DNA from: Planctomycetota bacterium
GTDB lineage: Bacteria; Planctomycetota; JAJSAM01; JAJVHW01
Assembly (NCBI GenBank): GCA_965248445.1
Contig: CBDFJG010000004.1
Span: 416,001-480,000, forward strand
Direction: 5' to 3'
DNA length: 64,000 bases
Positions 48,071-57,253 of this stretch are shown here, piece after piece. How positions within the stretch are numbered: the stretch's first letter is position 1; each line of letters starts with the position of its first letter. A program made the position numbers and the translations under genes. The notes beneath the pieces were generated by a model that was not told the DNA's origin, did not search any database, and saw nothing but the letters and a program-made list of their open reading frames with translations.

Positions 48071-49308
48071 CCACCACCGCCATCCCGCCCATCGACACCG
48101 ACGCGCCGACCGCGTCCGACCAGTGGACCGACGCGAACGTGCGCCACGTGATCGGGTTGCTGATGGTGTCAGACGGTCTGCGCGAGCGGCTGTGGAGGAC
48201 GCTGGACGCCACCGAGCCAGAACTGCGTCACGAGATCCTGGACCGGCTGCGACGCGTGCGCGGCCTGCAGTCGGCGTCGGACGTGCGCCGTGTGAAGCGC
48301 CTCATCGAGCGCCTGCGCGCGATCCGATCGCGGGCCTGGGAGGACGTGTCGAAGCACTGGCGAGAGCAGGCTGTCGACGTCGCGCTCAGCGAGCCTGGCA
48401 CGGTGGCTCGGATGCTGCGCACCGTGTTGCCGGTTGCGGTCGTGCTCGCCCTCCCCGCGCGGGCAGCGCTGCGAGGTCTGGTCGGTTCTGGCGAGATCCG
48501 TGGCCGCACGCTCGCCGCGTGGATTCGTGACCTGCGTGCCGCAGACCTCAAGCGCATCGAGGACCAGATCCGGATCGCCGTGTCCGCCGGCGAACCGTCG
48601 GAGGTCGCGGCCCGCCGTGTCGTCGGAACGACCCGCGCGCGCGGGATCGACGGTGCAACGCAGACGACTCGCAGGCATGTCGGCGGGCTGGTGCACACCA
48701 GCGTGATCTTCGTCAGCCAGGCCGCGCGATCGTTGTTCTTCGGCGAGAACAAGGCGCTGCTGCTGCAGGAGTTGTACGTCGCCGTACTCGACGGCCGCAC
48801 GACACCGATCTGTCGGAGCCTCAGCGGCAACGTGTACGCGATCGGCGTCGGTCCGCATCCACCGGTGCACTTCCGATGCCGTTCACATCGCGTCCCGTTC
48901 CTGAACGGCGACGCGATGACCAGCGTGCCCACCAAGCCGTTCACGGAGCAATTGCTGCTGGGCGAGTTCGCGGCCCAGCAGGGCTTCACGGCACGCCCGA
49001 GGTCGCGCGCTGCGATCCCGCGCGGGTTCCGGGGCAAGTACGACGCGTTTCGGCGCCGGCGGATCCGCGAGCTCGTCGGGACAGCAAGCGCCGAACTGTC
49101 CTACGCGGAGTTCCTGCGCCGGCAGTCGGCTGCGTTTCAGGACGAGGTCCTCGGCAAGGCGCGCGGGAAGCTCTTCCGGTCCGGCGAACTCGAGCTCCGG
49201 AAGTTCGTCAACGCGCGCGGACGGCAGATTCCGCTCAGCGATCTGGCGCGGTTCCACGCCGACGCGTTCCGGGCGGCGGGCCTCGACCCGTCGGAGTTCA
49301 CGATATGA
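48067..49308 (+). CDS. Head morphogenesis/minor head protein (SPP1 gp7 / Mu F-like)
   Basis: LDGRTTPICRSL..PPVHFRCRS and Q..VLGKARGKLFR motifs. Confidence 0.88.
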   Translation: MTTTAIPPIDTDAPTASDQWTDANVRHVIGLLMVSDGLRERLWRTLDATEPELRHEILDRLRRVRGLQSASDVRRVKRLIERLRAIRSRAWEDVSKHWREQAVDVALSEPGTVARMLRTVLPVAVVLALPARAALRGLVGSGEIRGRTLAAWIRDLRAADLKRIEDQIRIAVSAGEPSEVAARRVVGTTRARGIDGATQTTRRHVGGLVHTSVIFVSQAARSLFFGENKALLLQELYVAVLDGRTTPICRSLSGNVYAIGVGPHPPVHFRCRSHRVPFLNGDAMTSVPTKPFTEQLLLGEFAAQQGFTARPRSRAAIPRGFRGKYDAFRRRRIRELVGTASAELSYAEFLRRQSAAFQDEVLGKARGKLFRSGELELRKFVNARGRQIPLSDLARFHADAFRAAGLDPSEFTI

Positions 49309-49529
49309 AGGTCGACATGGACCGGGCTCTCCTGTGCGGCTGCTCGGTAGCCCTGACGGGCGACGGCCGCACCGGCGGTAGCGTCACCTTCGAGTGGTGC
49401 CCGAAGCACGACGCGCTGCACGGGAGCCCACTCTGCGACTGCGCGGTTTGTCAGGCGAAGGACCGAGGCGAGGACACTGAGACCCTGCGCATCCTGCACG
49501 CGACGCGGGCCATCTACGATCACCAGTGA
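49305..49529 (+). CDS. Small Cys-rich phage protein
   Basis: ATGA overlap; CGC, CPKH and CDCAVC motifs. Confidence 0.55.
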   Translation: MKVDMDRALLCGCSVALTGDGRTGGSVTFEWCPKHDALHGSPLCDCAVCQAKDRGEDTETLRILHATRAIYDHQ

Positions 49530-49595
49530 CCGGCATGTGCCGGTCGAAGACCGAGAGCGAGCATGGCTCGCAGAAGGAGATAGGGCATGGCCCTA
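49528..49595 (+). promoter_or_regulatory. Three AUG-loop hairpins in the scaffold gene leader (putative translational operator)
   Basis: GACCGGC-ATGT-GCCGGTC, GCGAGC-ATG-GCTCGC and TAGGGC-ATG-GCCCTA (the last loop is the start codon). Confidence 0.6.
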
Positions 49596-50414
49596 CGACA
49601 CGTCTACGAGAAACAGGAAGACATCCCCGAGCAGTACGCGGAGTTGTTCGCCGAGAAGAACGGCCAGTGGGAGCTGACCGGGATTACCGGGATGAAGACC
49701 CAGGCCGACGTCGCGCGGGTGCAGGAGGGGCTGAAGAAAGAGCGCCGCGCACACGGGGCGACGAAGGAAGCGCTCGAGAGCTACACGGAGCTCGGTGAAC
49801 TCGAGGATTTGCAGAAGACGCTCGACAGGATCCCGACACTCGAAGCCGCCTCCAAGGGGAAGCTCGACGACAACGCGATTCAGGAGGCGGTCGATCGTCG
49901 ACTGGAAGGCGAGATGCGCACACGCATCGCGCCCGTCGAGAGAGAACTCGCCGCGGTCAAGAAGAAGAACGGCGAACTCGAGTCCGAGAACCAGGAGCTC
50001 AACAAGGACAAGATCCAACGCAAGCTCTGGGACGTCCTGGACCCGCACCTCGCGGACGCGAAGGTCCGCCTCGAGCACATCGAGGACGCGCGCATGTACG
50101 CGGACAAGCACTTCGAGTTGACCGACGACGGCAAGTTCGTCACCCGGGACCAGGTCGGCGTCACTCCGGGGGTCGACGCGAAGATCTGGCTCGAGGAGAT
50201 GGTCGCGAAGAAGCCGGGCTGGGTCCCCCCATCGCAGGGCGGAGGCGCTGCCGGCAGCGGGAACACCGGTCTGGGCGGCGAGAACCCATGGTCCCCGAAG
50301 ACGTGGGACATGACCGCGCAGGGCAAGTACCTCCTGGCGCACGGTCCCGAGAAGGCGGCCCGGATGGCCGCCGCCGCGGGGACCACCGTCGGAGGGACGC
50401 CCGCGGCCGCATGA
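49587..50414 (+). CDS. Capsid scaffolding protein
   Basis: AAGGAG RBS; coiled coil; C-terminal SQGGGAAG..NPW; directly upstream of the capsid gene. Confidence 0.82.
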   Translation: MALRHVYEKQEDIPEQYAELFAEKNGQWELTGITGMKTQADVARVQEGLKKERRAHGATKEALESYTELGELEDLQKTLDRIPTLEAASKGKLDDNAIQEAVDRRLEGEMRTRIAPVERELAAVKKKNGELESENQELNKDKIQRKLWDVLDPHLADAKVRLEHIEDARMYADKHFELTDDGKFVTRDQVGVTPGVDAKIWLEEMVAKKPGWVPPSQGGGAAGSGNTGLGGENPWSPKTWDMTAQGKYLLAHGPEKAARMAAAAGTTVGGTPAAA

Positions 50415-50478
50415 GCCCCCCCGGGGGCTCGGTGCTGCGGCAGCGAGCCCCCATCCTCAGCCCGTGACCTACTACGGG

Positions 50479-50506
50479 TTGCGCGTGTCTTGCAATGTGA
50501 TACACT
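50479..50506 (+). promoter_or_regulatory. Putative sigma70-like promoter for the capsid gene
   Basis: TTGCGC-16 nt-TACACT with an extended -10 TG. Confidence 0.4.
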
Positions 50507-50667
50507 CCGTACGTGGCCGAGGCGCATGGCGTTCTCGACCACTCCCGCTCGCTGCAGGGACGAAGTCGCCCATGGGGTTTGACTCCGAAGTTGCAGCGCC
50601 AAGTGGGCCGGCCATGGCGTGCGGCTCGTAGCCGAATCGTCACTCCAACCTCTTTCGGAGGTTCCCC

Positions 50668-51771
50668 ATGGCCGCAGGTCCGCTCACCCAGGTCACCGAC
50701 ATCGTCGTCCCGGCGATCTTCACTCCGTACGTCCAACAGCGGACCGAGGAGAAGTCACGCATCGTGCAAAGCGGTGCGCTGGTCCGTTCACCGCTGCTCG
50801 ACCAGAAGCTCGCGGGCGGCGGAGTCACGTTCAACATGCCGTCGATGCGCGACCTCGACAACGACGCGGACAACGTGTCGGCCGACAACGCGCCGGACAT
50901 CGTGGCGCTGTCGGTGTCGGGCGGTTCCCCCGCGCTGCCGGCGTCGTTCAACGACGCAGTCCCGAAGAAGATCCAGACGGCGACCGAGATCGCTGTTCGT
51001 CTCTCGCGCAACCAGGCGTGGTCGAGCGCGGACCTCGCGGCCGCTCTCGCTGGCATCGATCCGATGTCGGCTATCGCCGAGCTCGTCTCGGGCTACTGGT
51101 CGCGCCGTCTGCAGGCGTGCTTCATCGCGGCGATGCAGGGCGTCTGCAAGGACAACTCCGCGAACGACGCCGAAGACTACGCGCACGACGTCGCGGGCGC
51201 CTCGTACGTGAAGGGCACGACGGACTTCAGCGCGGAGGCGGTGCTCGACGCGATGGTCACGATGGGTGACTCCATGGGCGGCCTCGTCGCGGTCATGGTG
51301 CACTCGATCGTGTTCAACACGATGCAGAAGAACAACCTGATCGACTTCATTCCGGACGCTCGCGGCGAGACCGAAATCGCGACGTTCCTGGGCCGTGAGG
51401 TCATCATCGACGACGGCATCCCGAGCGGAACGAGCGCCCTGCGTGGCGACGGCACCGCCGGAGCCGCCGGCATCTACGAGTCGTGGCTGTTCGGCGCTGG
51501 CACAGTGCAGCTGGGCGTCTCGACTCCGAAGGTCGCGACCGAGGTCCAGCGCTACGCGGCCGCCGCCAACGGCGCGGGCGTCGAGGCGTTGCACAACCGG
51601 AACGAATGGTGCATCCACCCGACCGGCCACGCGTACACGGGCACGCCCGCGGACGGCGGACCGGGCAACGGCACCGGCTCCAACGACCTGAACAACGCGG
51701 GTTCGTGGAACCGCGTCTACCCGGAGCGCAAGCAGATCAAGTTCGCGCGTTTGGTAACGCGGGAAAGCTGA
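50668..51771 (+). CDS. Major capsid protein (SPP1 gp13-like)
   Basis: DIVVPAIFTPYV, QSG, GGG.TFNMP, R.QAWSSADLAA.LAG.DPM.AI...YW.R and W.RVY match the SPP1-type coat pattern as I recall it. Confidence 0.9.
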   Translation: MAAGPLTQVTDIVVPAIFTPYVQQRTEEKSRIVQSGALVRSPLLDQKLAGGGVTFNMPSMRDLDNDADNVSADNAPDIVALSVSGGSPALPASFNDAVPKKIQTATEIAVRLSRNQAWSSADLAAALAGIDPMSAIAELVSGYWSRRLQACFIAAMQGVCKDNSANDAEDYAHDVAGASYVKGTTDFSAEAVLDAMVTMGDSMGGLVAVMVHSIVFNTMQKNNLIDFIPDARGETEIATFLGREVIIDDGIPSGTSALRGDGTAGAAGIYESWLFGAGTVQLGVSTPKVATEVQRYAAAANGAGVEALHNRNEWCIHPTGHAYTGTPADGGPGNGTGSNDLNNAGSWNRVYPERKQIKFARLVTRES

Positions 51772-51777
51772 AACCGC

Positions 51778-52365
51778 GTGAGAACGGAACAGGTCTGCGA
51801 GGCGTGCTCCGAAGTGAAGCCGATCGACGAGTTCTACGGCGTCGGCATCACTCGGACGCGTCCTCGGGCTCGCTGCAGTGAGTGCTACGCCGACCCGCTG
51901 TCACCGGCAGGTCGAGCGACGCGCTCCGCGTACATGAAGAAGTACATGAAGGACAACAAGGAGCGGCTGGACGCGCAGCGCGCCGACTACCGGCTGCGCA
52001 CTCGCGATCAACGTCGGGCGCACCACCGCGAGTGGCACGCCAAGTTTCCGCACAAGAAGATGCTCAACCTGGCAAAGGCGCGCGCGAAAAAGAGGGGCCT
52101 CGAGTTCACGATCACCGAGGACGACATCCTGCCGTTCCCGGACACATGTCCGGTGCTCGGCATTCCGTTGCGCAAGGGCGCCTACAGCGGTGACCCCAAC
52201 GTGCGGAGCCTGGATCGAATCGACAACTCGAGGGGCTACGTGCCCGGGAACGTCGCGGTCATCAGCCGTCGCGCCAACGTGTTGAAGCGTGACGCGACGC
52301 TCGACGAACTGCGCAAGTTGGTGGCCTGGCTGGAGAGCCGCACGCAGAAGGGAACCATCCGATGA
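51778..52365 (+). CDS. HNH-type endonuclease with N-terminal Zn-finger
   Basis: CEAC..K...F...CSEC; CPVLG; SLDRIDNSRGYVPGNVAVIS..AN..K. Confidence 0.85.
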   Translation: MRTEQVCEACSEVKPIDEFYGVGITRTRPRARCSECYADPLSPAGRATRSAYMKKYMKDNKERLDAQRADYRLRTRDQRRAHHREWHAKFPHKKMLNLAKARAKKRGLEFTITEDDILPFPDTCPVLGIPLRKGAYSGDPNVRSLDRIDNSRGYVPGNVAVISRRANVLKRDATLDELRKLVAWLESRTQKGTIR

Positions 52366-52874
52366 AGGGATACCCAAGAGGACTGTCGCGCGGCGATCCG
52401 CAGCAACAGGAGATCGTCAAGCAGACGATCGCGTTCAAGGACTTGGCAGTCGAGATCGACGGTGCAACGGGTGTCGGCTTCGGCAGCGCGGTCATCGGCG
52501 GTCTTCCGGAGGGCAACATCCTGCTGCTGGGCGCCGTCGCCTACGCCGCGATCTCCGGCCCGACGTCCGCAAGCCTCGGCGACACGTGGAGCGGCGACTA
52601 CGGCGTCGGCACGACTCCCGCGTCGGACGGCACCATCACCGCCGGCGACGTTGACGTGGTCCAGTCGACCGCGCTCGGTCCAGCCGTGGCCGAGGTGTCG
52701 CCGCGCACGCGCGGTGTGACCGGCACGACCGGGGTCATCCTCGACAACACCGCGGGCGACCTCGAGCTGAACCTCAACGTGCTCGTCGACGACGCGGACA
52801 TCAGCGCCGACGACATCGCCTGCACGGCGGACGGCGAACTCAAGCTCGCCTACATCATGCTCGGTGACGACTGA
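52362..52874 (+). CDS. Putative virion structural (decoration-like) protein
   Basis: Acidic and beta-rich; position after the capsid gene. Confidence 0.6.
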   Translation: MKGYPRGLSRGDPQQQEIVKQTIAFKDLAVEIDGATGVGFGSAVIGGLPEGNILLLGAVAYAAISGPTSASLGDTWSGDYGVGTTPASDGTITAGDVDVVQSTALGPAVAEVSPRTRGVTGTTGVILDNTAGDLELNLNVLVDDADISADDIACTADGELKLAYIMLGDD

Positions 52875-52924
52875 GTTCGCGCGGCACTCCGAGCCGGGCA
52901 CGAAGCGCAGAGGAGGCGCGCGAC

Positions 52925-53818
52925 ATGTCGACTGACCCCAACGCACTCAAGGAAGCGCTCTCCGCGCTCGACGCAGAGGATGACGCGCACTGGACCAACG
53001 AGGGTCTGCCGCGCATCGACGCGCTGTCTCTCGAGGACGCGCCGACCCGCGAGGACATCGAGAACGCCGCGCCGGGCTTCACACGTGAGGTCGCTCGAGA
53101 GATGCGGGCGGCTTCGACGGACACGCCCGACTCGACGGATCCTGCCGAGCCGGTGGAGTCAGCTGCTCCGACGGAGCAGCAGCCGAGCGACGCGCAGGCG
53201 CCTCAGGACCCGACGGAGAGCGCGGAGTTCCCCACGATGTCCGTCCACCCCGTCGTGTTCGAGCAGATGCGGAAGTCCAACCAGCTCGACGCCGTCGAGG
53301 ACCCCGTCGACGGGTCGACAGTCCTGACCTACCGGGGCCACCGCCTCGTCCTCGACGATGAAGCAGACAACCCCTACGCGACGCCCGCTGAGGTCGACGT
53401 GATGTCGATGCCGTTCGCCGAAGTGCTCGCGGACGAGGGACTGCTCCGCAAGGTCATCGCGGAACTCAATCAGTGCGCGCAGGACCTCCGCACGCAGAAG
53501 GCCGAGATCGACGAGGAACTGGAGGTCGTCTACCGCAGGAGCGTGCTCGCGAGCCGGCATCTCCAGCGTTTCGAGGACGCGAAGCCGAACTCGGACACCG
53601 AGCACGTTCGCCACTACCTGGCCAGTCAGCGTCGCGCGAACGAGCAGCGCGCGGCCAAGCAGAAGGCGTTGCTCTCCGGTCTTCCCGTGCAGACGCTCCG
53701 GGAGCTCGCCGAGACGCGCTCACCGCTCGACGCGGCCATGAACAGCCGGAAGCCGGCGCTCGGTCAGACGCGTCCGGCTCCTCGAGCGCCTGCGCGCGTC
53801 GGCGGAGACGGTGACTGA
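52925..53818 (+). CDS. Phage hypothetical protein
   Basis: GAGGAGG RBS; ALDAEDDAHWT.EGLP N-terminus; coiled coil. Confidence 0.65.
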   Translation: MSTDPNALKEALSALDAEDDAHWTNEGLPRIDALSLEDAPTREDIENAAPGFTREVAREMRAASTDTPDSTDPAEPVESAAPTEQQPSDAQAPQDPTESAEFPTMSVHPVVFEQMRKSNQLDAVEDPVDGSTVLTYRGHRLVLDDEADNPYATPAEVDVMSMPFAEVLADEGLLRKVIAELNQCAQDLRTQKAEIDEELEVVYRRSVLASRHLQRFEDAKPNSDTEHVRHYLASQRRANEQRAAKQKALLSGLPVQTLRELAETRSPLDAAMNSRKPALGQTRPAPRAPARVGGDGD

Positions 53819-53983
53819 TGGCGGAGAGGGGCGGAGCCCGTCGCGCTCGCCCGACCGGGCGAACGGTCGGATTCCGCACCACCGGTGGCCGCAAGACCAC
53901 CGAACGGCAGCGCCGGCGTCTTCAGGTCGCGCTGTTCCACGCCCGCGAGAATCGCAAAGCGCGGGCGGGAGGGTAGCTGACGC

Positions 53984-54880
53984 ATGAGCTTCCTGGTCGA
54001 GACAGGTGCCGGAACCCCGAGCGCGACGGCGTACACAACGCCGGCGTTCGTGACCGCGTACCTGACCGACCACGCGCGCGAGGTCGAGAACCTGTGGAGC
54101 ACGCAGAACGCGGCTCGCCAGCAGGAAGCGGTCATGGTCGCGACCGCGTATGTCGACTCGCGCTGGGGCGCGCGGTTCAAGGGAGCGCGGCTGCGGTCGT
54201 TGATCGGCGGCCGCGCGGCCAAGGGCACGGTGACGTTCACCGCCAACCCGCTCGACACCGAGACGGTCGTGCTCGGTCAGATCACGTATCGGTTCGTGGC
54301 GACGCTCGCGCAGGAGAACGACGTCCTGATCGGCGCGGCGCTCGCGGACTCGCTGGCGTCGCTGCTCTCCGCGGTGCTCGGCGTCACGACGGGCCTCGAC
54401 GTCCACGTGGACACGCTGCCCAACTACGAGGTGGCGACGACGCTGTCCGGCTCCGTGGTCACTGTCGGCGCCGCCGCCGAGGGCGTGAACAGCAACGAGA
54501 TCGTGCTCACGACCACCGTGACGGGCGCGACGGCATCGGGCAGCGGGACACTCGCTGGCGGGCTCGATGAGGGGCCACAGCCGCTCTGCTTCCCGCGTGG
54601 GGGGCTGTTCGACCGTGACGGCCGGCTGGTCCAGGGCGTCCCGCTGAAGCTCCGCCAGGCGGTCGCCGAGTACGCGGTGCGATCGCTGTCGTCGGCGCTG
54701 CAGCCAGACCCGACCGCGGATGCGTATGGGTCGCGCGTGCAGCGCACGAAGAGCCGCGTGGGATCGCTGCTGCGCGAAGTCGAGTACGTCGAGGGCGCCG
54801 CTCTCCAGATCAACCGCCCGTACCCGGCGGCCGACCAGCTGCTGAGCGAGTACGTCACCAGCGTCGGGGTCGTGCGGTGA
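53984..54880 (+). CDS. Head-tail adaptor (DnaT-like domain) with an inserted beta-rich domain
   Basis: VETGAG..A.AY, AT.YVD...FKG.R, then Q.L.FPR...VP..L.QAVAE, separated by ~125 extra residues. Confidence 0.7.
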   Translation: MSFLVETGAGTPSATAYTTPAFVTAYLTDHAREVENLWSTQNAARQQEAVMVATAYVDSRWGARFKGARLRSLIGGRAAKGTVTFTANPLDTETVVLGQITYRFVATLAQENDVLIGAALADSLASLLSAVLGVTTGLDVHVDTLPNYEVATTLSGSVVTVGAAAEGVNSNEIVLTTTVTGATASGSGTLAGGLDEGPQPLCFPRGGLFDRDGRLVQGVPLKLRQAVAEYAVRSLSSALQPDPTADAYGSRVQRTKSRVGSLLREVEYVEGAALQINRPYPAADQLLSEYVTSVGVVR

Positions 54881-54914
54881 GCCGCCGCGTTCTCACGAGA
54901 GACAGGAGCCGCAG

Positions 54915-55136
54915 ATGAAGCCAGGCGACGAGATCAAGGTCCACGCGCGTCGCGCGGTCTGCCCGGGCGTCATCGTCGAGATGAACGCGGACGGCAGCGC
55001 GAAGGTGCAGTGGGACACCGAGAACGGCCGGCGGCAGTTCAACGCCGCCGAGGCGCTGGATCCCGATTCGGAGGTCACGCAGGAGTGCCCCGTGCTCTTC
55101 GAGCCGGTGGCGGCCGCGCCTGAGGGAGGTGGCTGA
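54915..55136 (+). CDS. Small phage hypothetical protein (SH3-like)
   Basis: AGGAG RBS; TGATG coupling to the next gene. Confidence 0.6.
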   Translation: MKPGDEIKVHARRAVCPGVIVEMNADGSAKVQWDTENGRRQFNAAEALDPDSEVTQECPVLFEPVAAAPEGGG

Positions 55137-55852
55137 TGTCAAAGGGCAACACCACCGAGATCGACATCCTGAAGCTGTACTACCAGGCAGTCGCGATCGC
55201 GGACATCGCCGAGAACGACGGCTCGTCGCCGGAGACGCTGATCGACATCGCGCTGCACAGCGCGGATCCGGGTGAGGCCGGCACGCAGGCGACGAACGAG
55301 CTCTCGTACACCGGCTACGCGCGTCTGACCGAGACCCGCAACGCCACCCAGTTCCCGGTCGTCAGCAACCACATCGAGAACCTGGCCGTGCAGACGTTCG
55401 GCAAGAACACCGACGTCTCCGCTCAGACCGCCCTCTACTGGAGCACCGGGTACGGCGCCGGCATCATCATCCACAAGGGCCCGCTCGGTGCGTCGAGTTT
55501 CATCGGTGAGGGCATCGTGGACGCGGGCGACGTCACCGCCGACACCGTGCAGATCCCGGCGCACGGTCTGGCGCAGGACGACAACGACCTCGAGCTCATC
55601 GTCTTCGACGCCGCGAACCTCAAGATCGACGACTTCGACCTGACGCCACTCATCACGGACGCGAAGAAGTCGCTGAGCCCGTCCACCGGCCTGCTTGTCG
55701 CCAACAAGGCCATCGTCACGGTGCTGCCAACCGGGAGCTCGGGCAATTACTGGTGGCATGTCGTCGGCTCGACAGCCGCTGCGCCGACGGTCTTCTGGCA
55801 GCTCGGTCAGCCCGCCACGATCGGCTACTACCCGGGGCCTCCGTCATCGTGA
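55136..55852 (+). CDS. Putative virion structural protein
   Basis: ALHSADPGEAG.Q.TNE.SYTGYAR pattern, seen in phage structural proteins. Confidence 0.6.
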   Translation: MSKGNTTEIDILKLYYQAVAIADIAENDGSSPETLIDIALHSADPGEAGTQATNELSYTGYARLTETRNATQFPVVSNHIENLAVQTFGKNTDVSAQTALYWSTGYGAGIIIHKGPLGASSFIGEGIVDAGDVTADTVQIPAHGLAQDDNDLELIVFDAANLKIDDFDLTPLITDAKKSLSPSTGLLVANKAIVTVLPTGSSGNYWWHVVGSTAAAPTVFWQLGQPATIGYYPGPPSS

Positions 55853-55994
55853 AGGACAACGGAGCCGTCACCACTCTCCTGCCGCCAGGGGTCGTCGCTG
55901 GGCGTCGGTCGGGCCTCCTCCCCGCCGGCCTGCTCGCTGGGCGCTGCTCGCGCGCAGGAGCGTCCGTGGCGGCCTCTGTCGGACGGAGGGCGCC

Positions 55995-56381
55995 GTGACC
56001 GCGCTCGACACAGCGCTGGTCCCGATGGTCACGGACCTGCTCGACGACGTCGGTGTCACCGCGACGCTGACGCGCGTCACGCAGGGCGAGTACGACGGCA
56101 TCGCGAACGTGCGCACCCCGAACACCATGGCCACGCAGACCGTCAAGGCGTCGCCGCCCGAGAAGCACGTCGCTGAGAAGAGTGACGGCACGTCCGTGGT
56201 CAAGACCTCGCTCGCGACCTACATCGGATCCACCGACACGTCGGGCGTGGCGGTCACGGAGCCGACGCCCAAGGTGGACCGAATCCTGATCTCCGGCGCC
56301 ACGTACCGGATCGTGTGGGTCGAGACGCTCCGCTCGGGTGACTCCGTCGCGGCCTACCAGCTGGGGGTCGCGAAGGGATGA
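55995..56381 (+). CDS. Head closure/head-tail joining protein
   Basis: GGAGG RBS; size and position; beta-rich with a D.I.I.G..Y.I motif. Confidence 0.65.
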   Translation: MTALDTALVPMVTDLLDDVGVTATLTRVTQGEYDGIANVRTPNTMATQTVKASPPEKHVAEKSDGTSVVKTSLATYIGSTDTSGVAVTEPTPKVDRILISGATYRIVWVETLRSGDSVAAYQLGVAKG

Positions 56382-56827
56382 GTTTCGCGCGACAGTCCTT
56401 CTCGGCCCAGGCGCGCCTCTGGGTGAAGACGACGCGCAAGCGCGCGGATCGACTCCTGCGCATGCTGGCCGTGTTCTCGATCCGGAGGTTGATCGACCTC
56501 ACTCCGATCGACACGGGTCGCGCGAAGGCAAGCTGGCGCGTCGCCGTGAACAAGATCGACCGGAGCGTCGACAAGCGCCCGAACCGCGGTGCACAGAACT
56601 TCAACGCGCTGGCGCGACTGGGAGGCAGTACGACGTCCGCGCAGATCCGCCGTGCACAGGGCGCGAAGATCGGCACCGTCCTGTGGATGACGAACGACCT
56701 GCGATACATCGTCCCGCTCGAGGACGGACACAGCCCGCAGAGCCGCTTCATGTTGCGACGCACGTTCGGTGAGGCCATCGCCGCGTGGCCCACGATGGTC
56801 GCCAGAGTGCGGCGGGGTGCAGCATGA
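56378..56827 (+). CDS. Neck/tail completion protein (HK97 gp10-like)
   Basis: TPIDTGRAKASW...N.L.YIVPLE.GHS.Q; basic. Confidence 0.8.
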   Translation: MSFARQSFSAQARLWVKTTRKRADRLLRMLAVFSIRRLIDLTPIDTGRAKASWRVAVNKIDRSVDKRPNRGAQNFNALARLGGSTTSAQIRRAQGAKIGTVLWMTNDLRYIVPLEDGHSPQSRFMLRRTFGEAIAAWPTMVARVRRGAA

Positions 56828-57240
56828 TCGACGTCGACGAGGTGGTCACCACCGTGCGGTCGAAGCTCTTGGCTCTGCCCGACCTCGACCTGTCGACGCA
56901 GCTCGCGTGGGAAAACAACGCGTTCGACCCGCCCGACGAAGAGTCGCTATACGTCGAGGAGAAGTTCATCCCGTTCGGCGAGCGCAACGCCGGCAGCGGC
57001 TACGACCGCCTCACCGGAGAGGTCCGGTTCACCGTCGTGATGCCGCGCGGGAAGGGCACGGAGGAGGGCCGCGCGCTCGCGACCCAGATCAAGAGCCTCT
57101 ACCCGATCGACAGCAGCATCGTCGGCGTCGTGACGGTGGTGGTCGAGGGCTCCGAAGTCCTGTCAGGTCGCGACCACGGCGACACACGCTACGCAATCCC
57201 TGTCTCGGTCTCTGTCAGAGCCGGGGCGCTGAGAACTTAG
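56824..57240 (+). CDS. Tail terminator protein
   Basis: AWENNAFDPP...P.GKG; position before the tail tube. Confidence 0.7.
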   Translation: MIDVDEVVTTVRSKLLALPDLDLSTQLAWENNAFDPPDEESLYVEEKFIPFGERNAGSGYDRLTGEVRFTVVMPRGKGTEEGRALATQIKSLYPIDSSIVGVVTVVVEGSEVLSGRDHGDTRYAIPVSVSVRAGALRT

Positions 57241-57253
57241 AAGGAGATACGAC

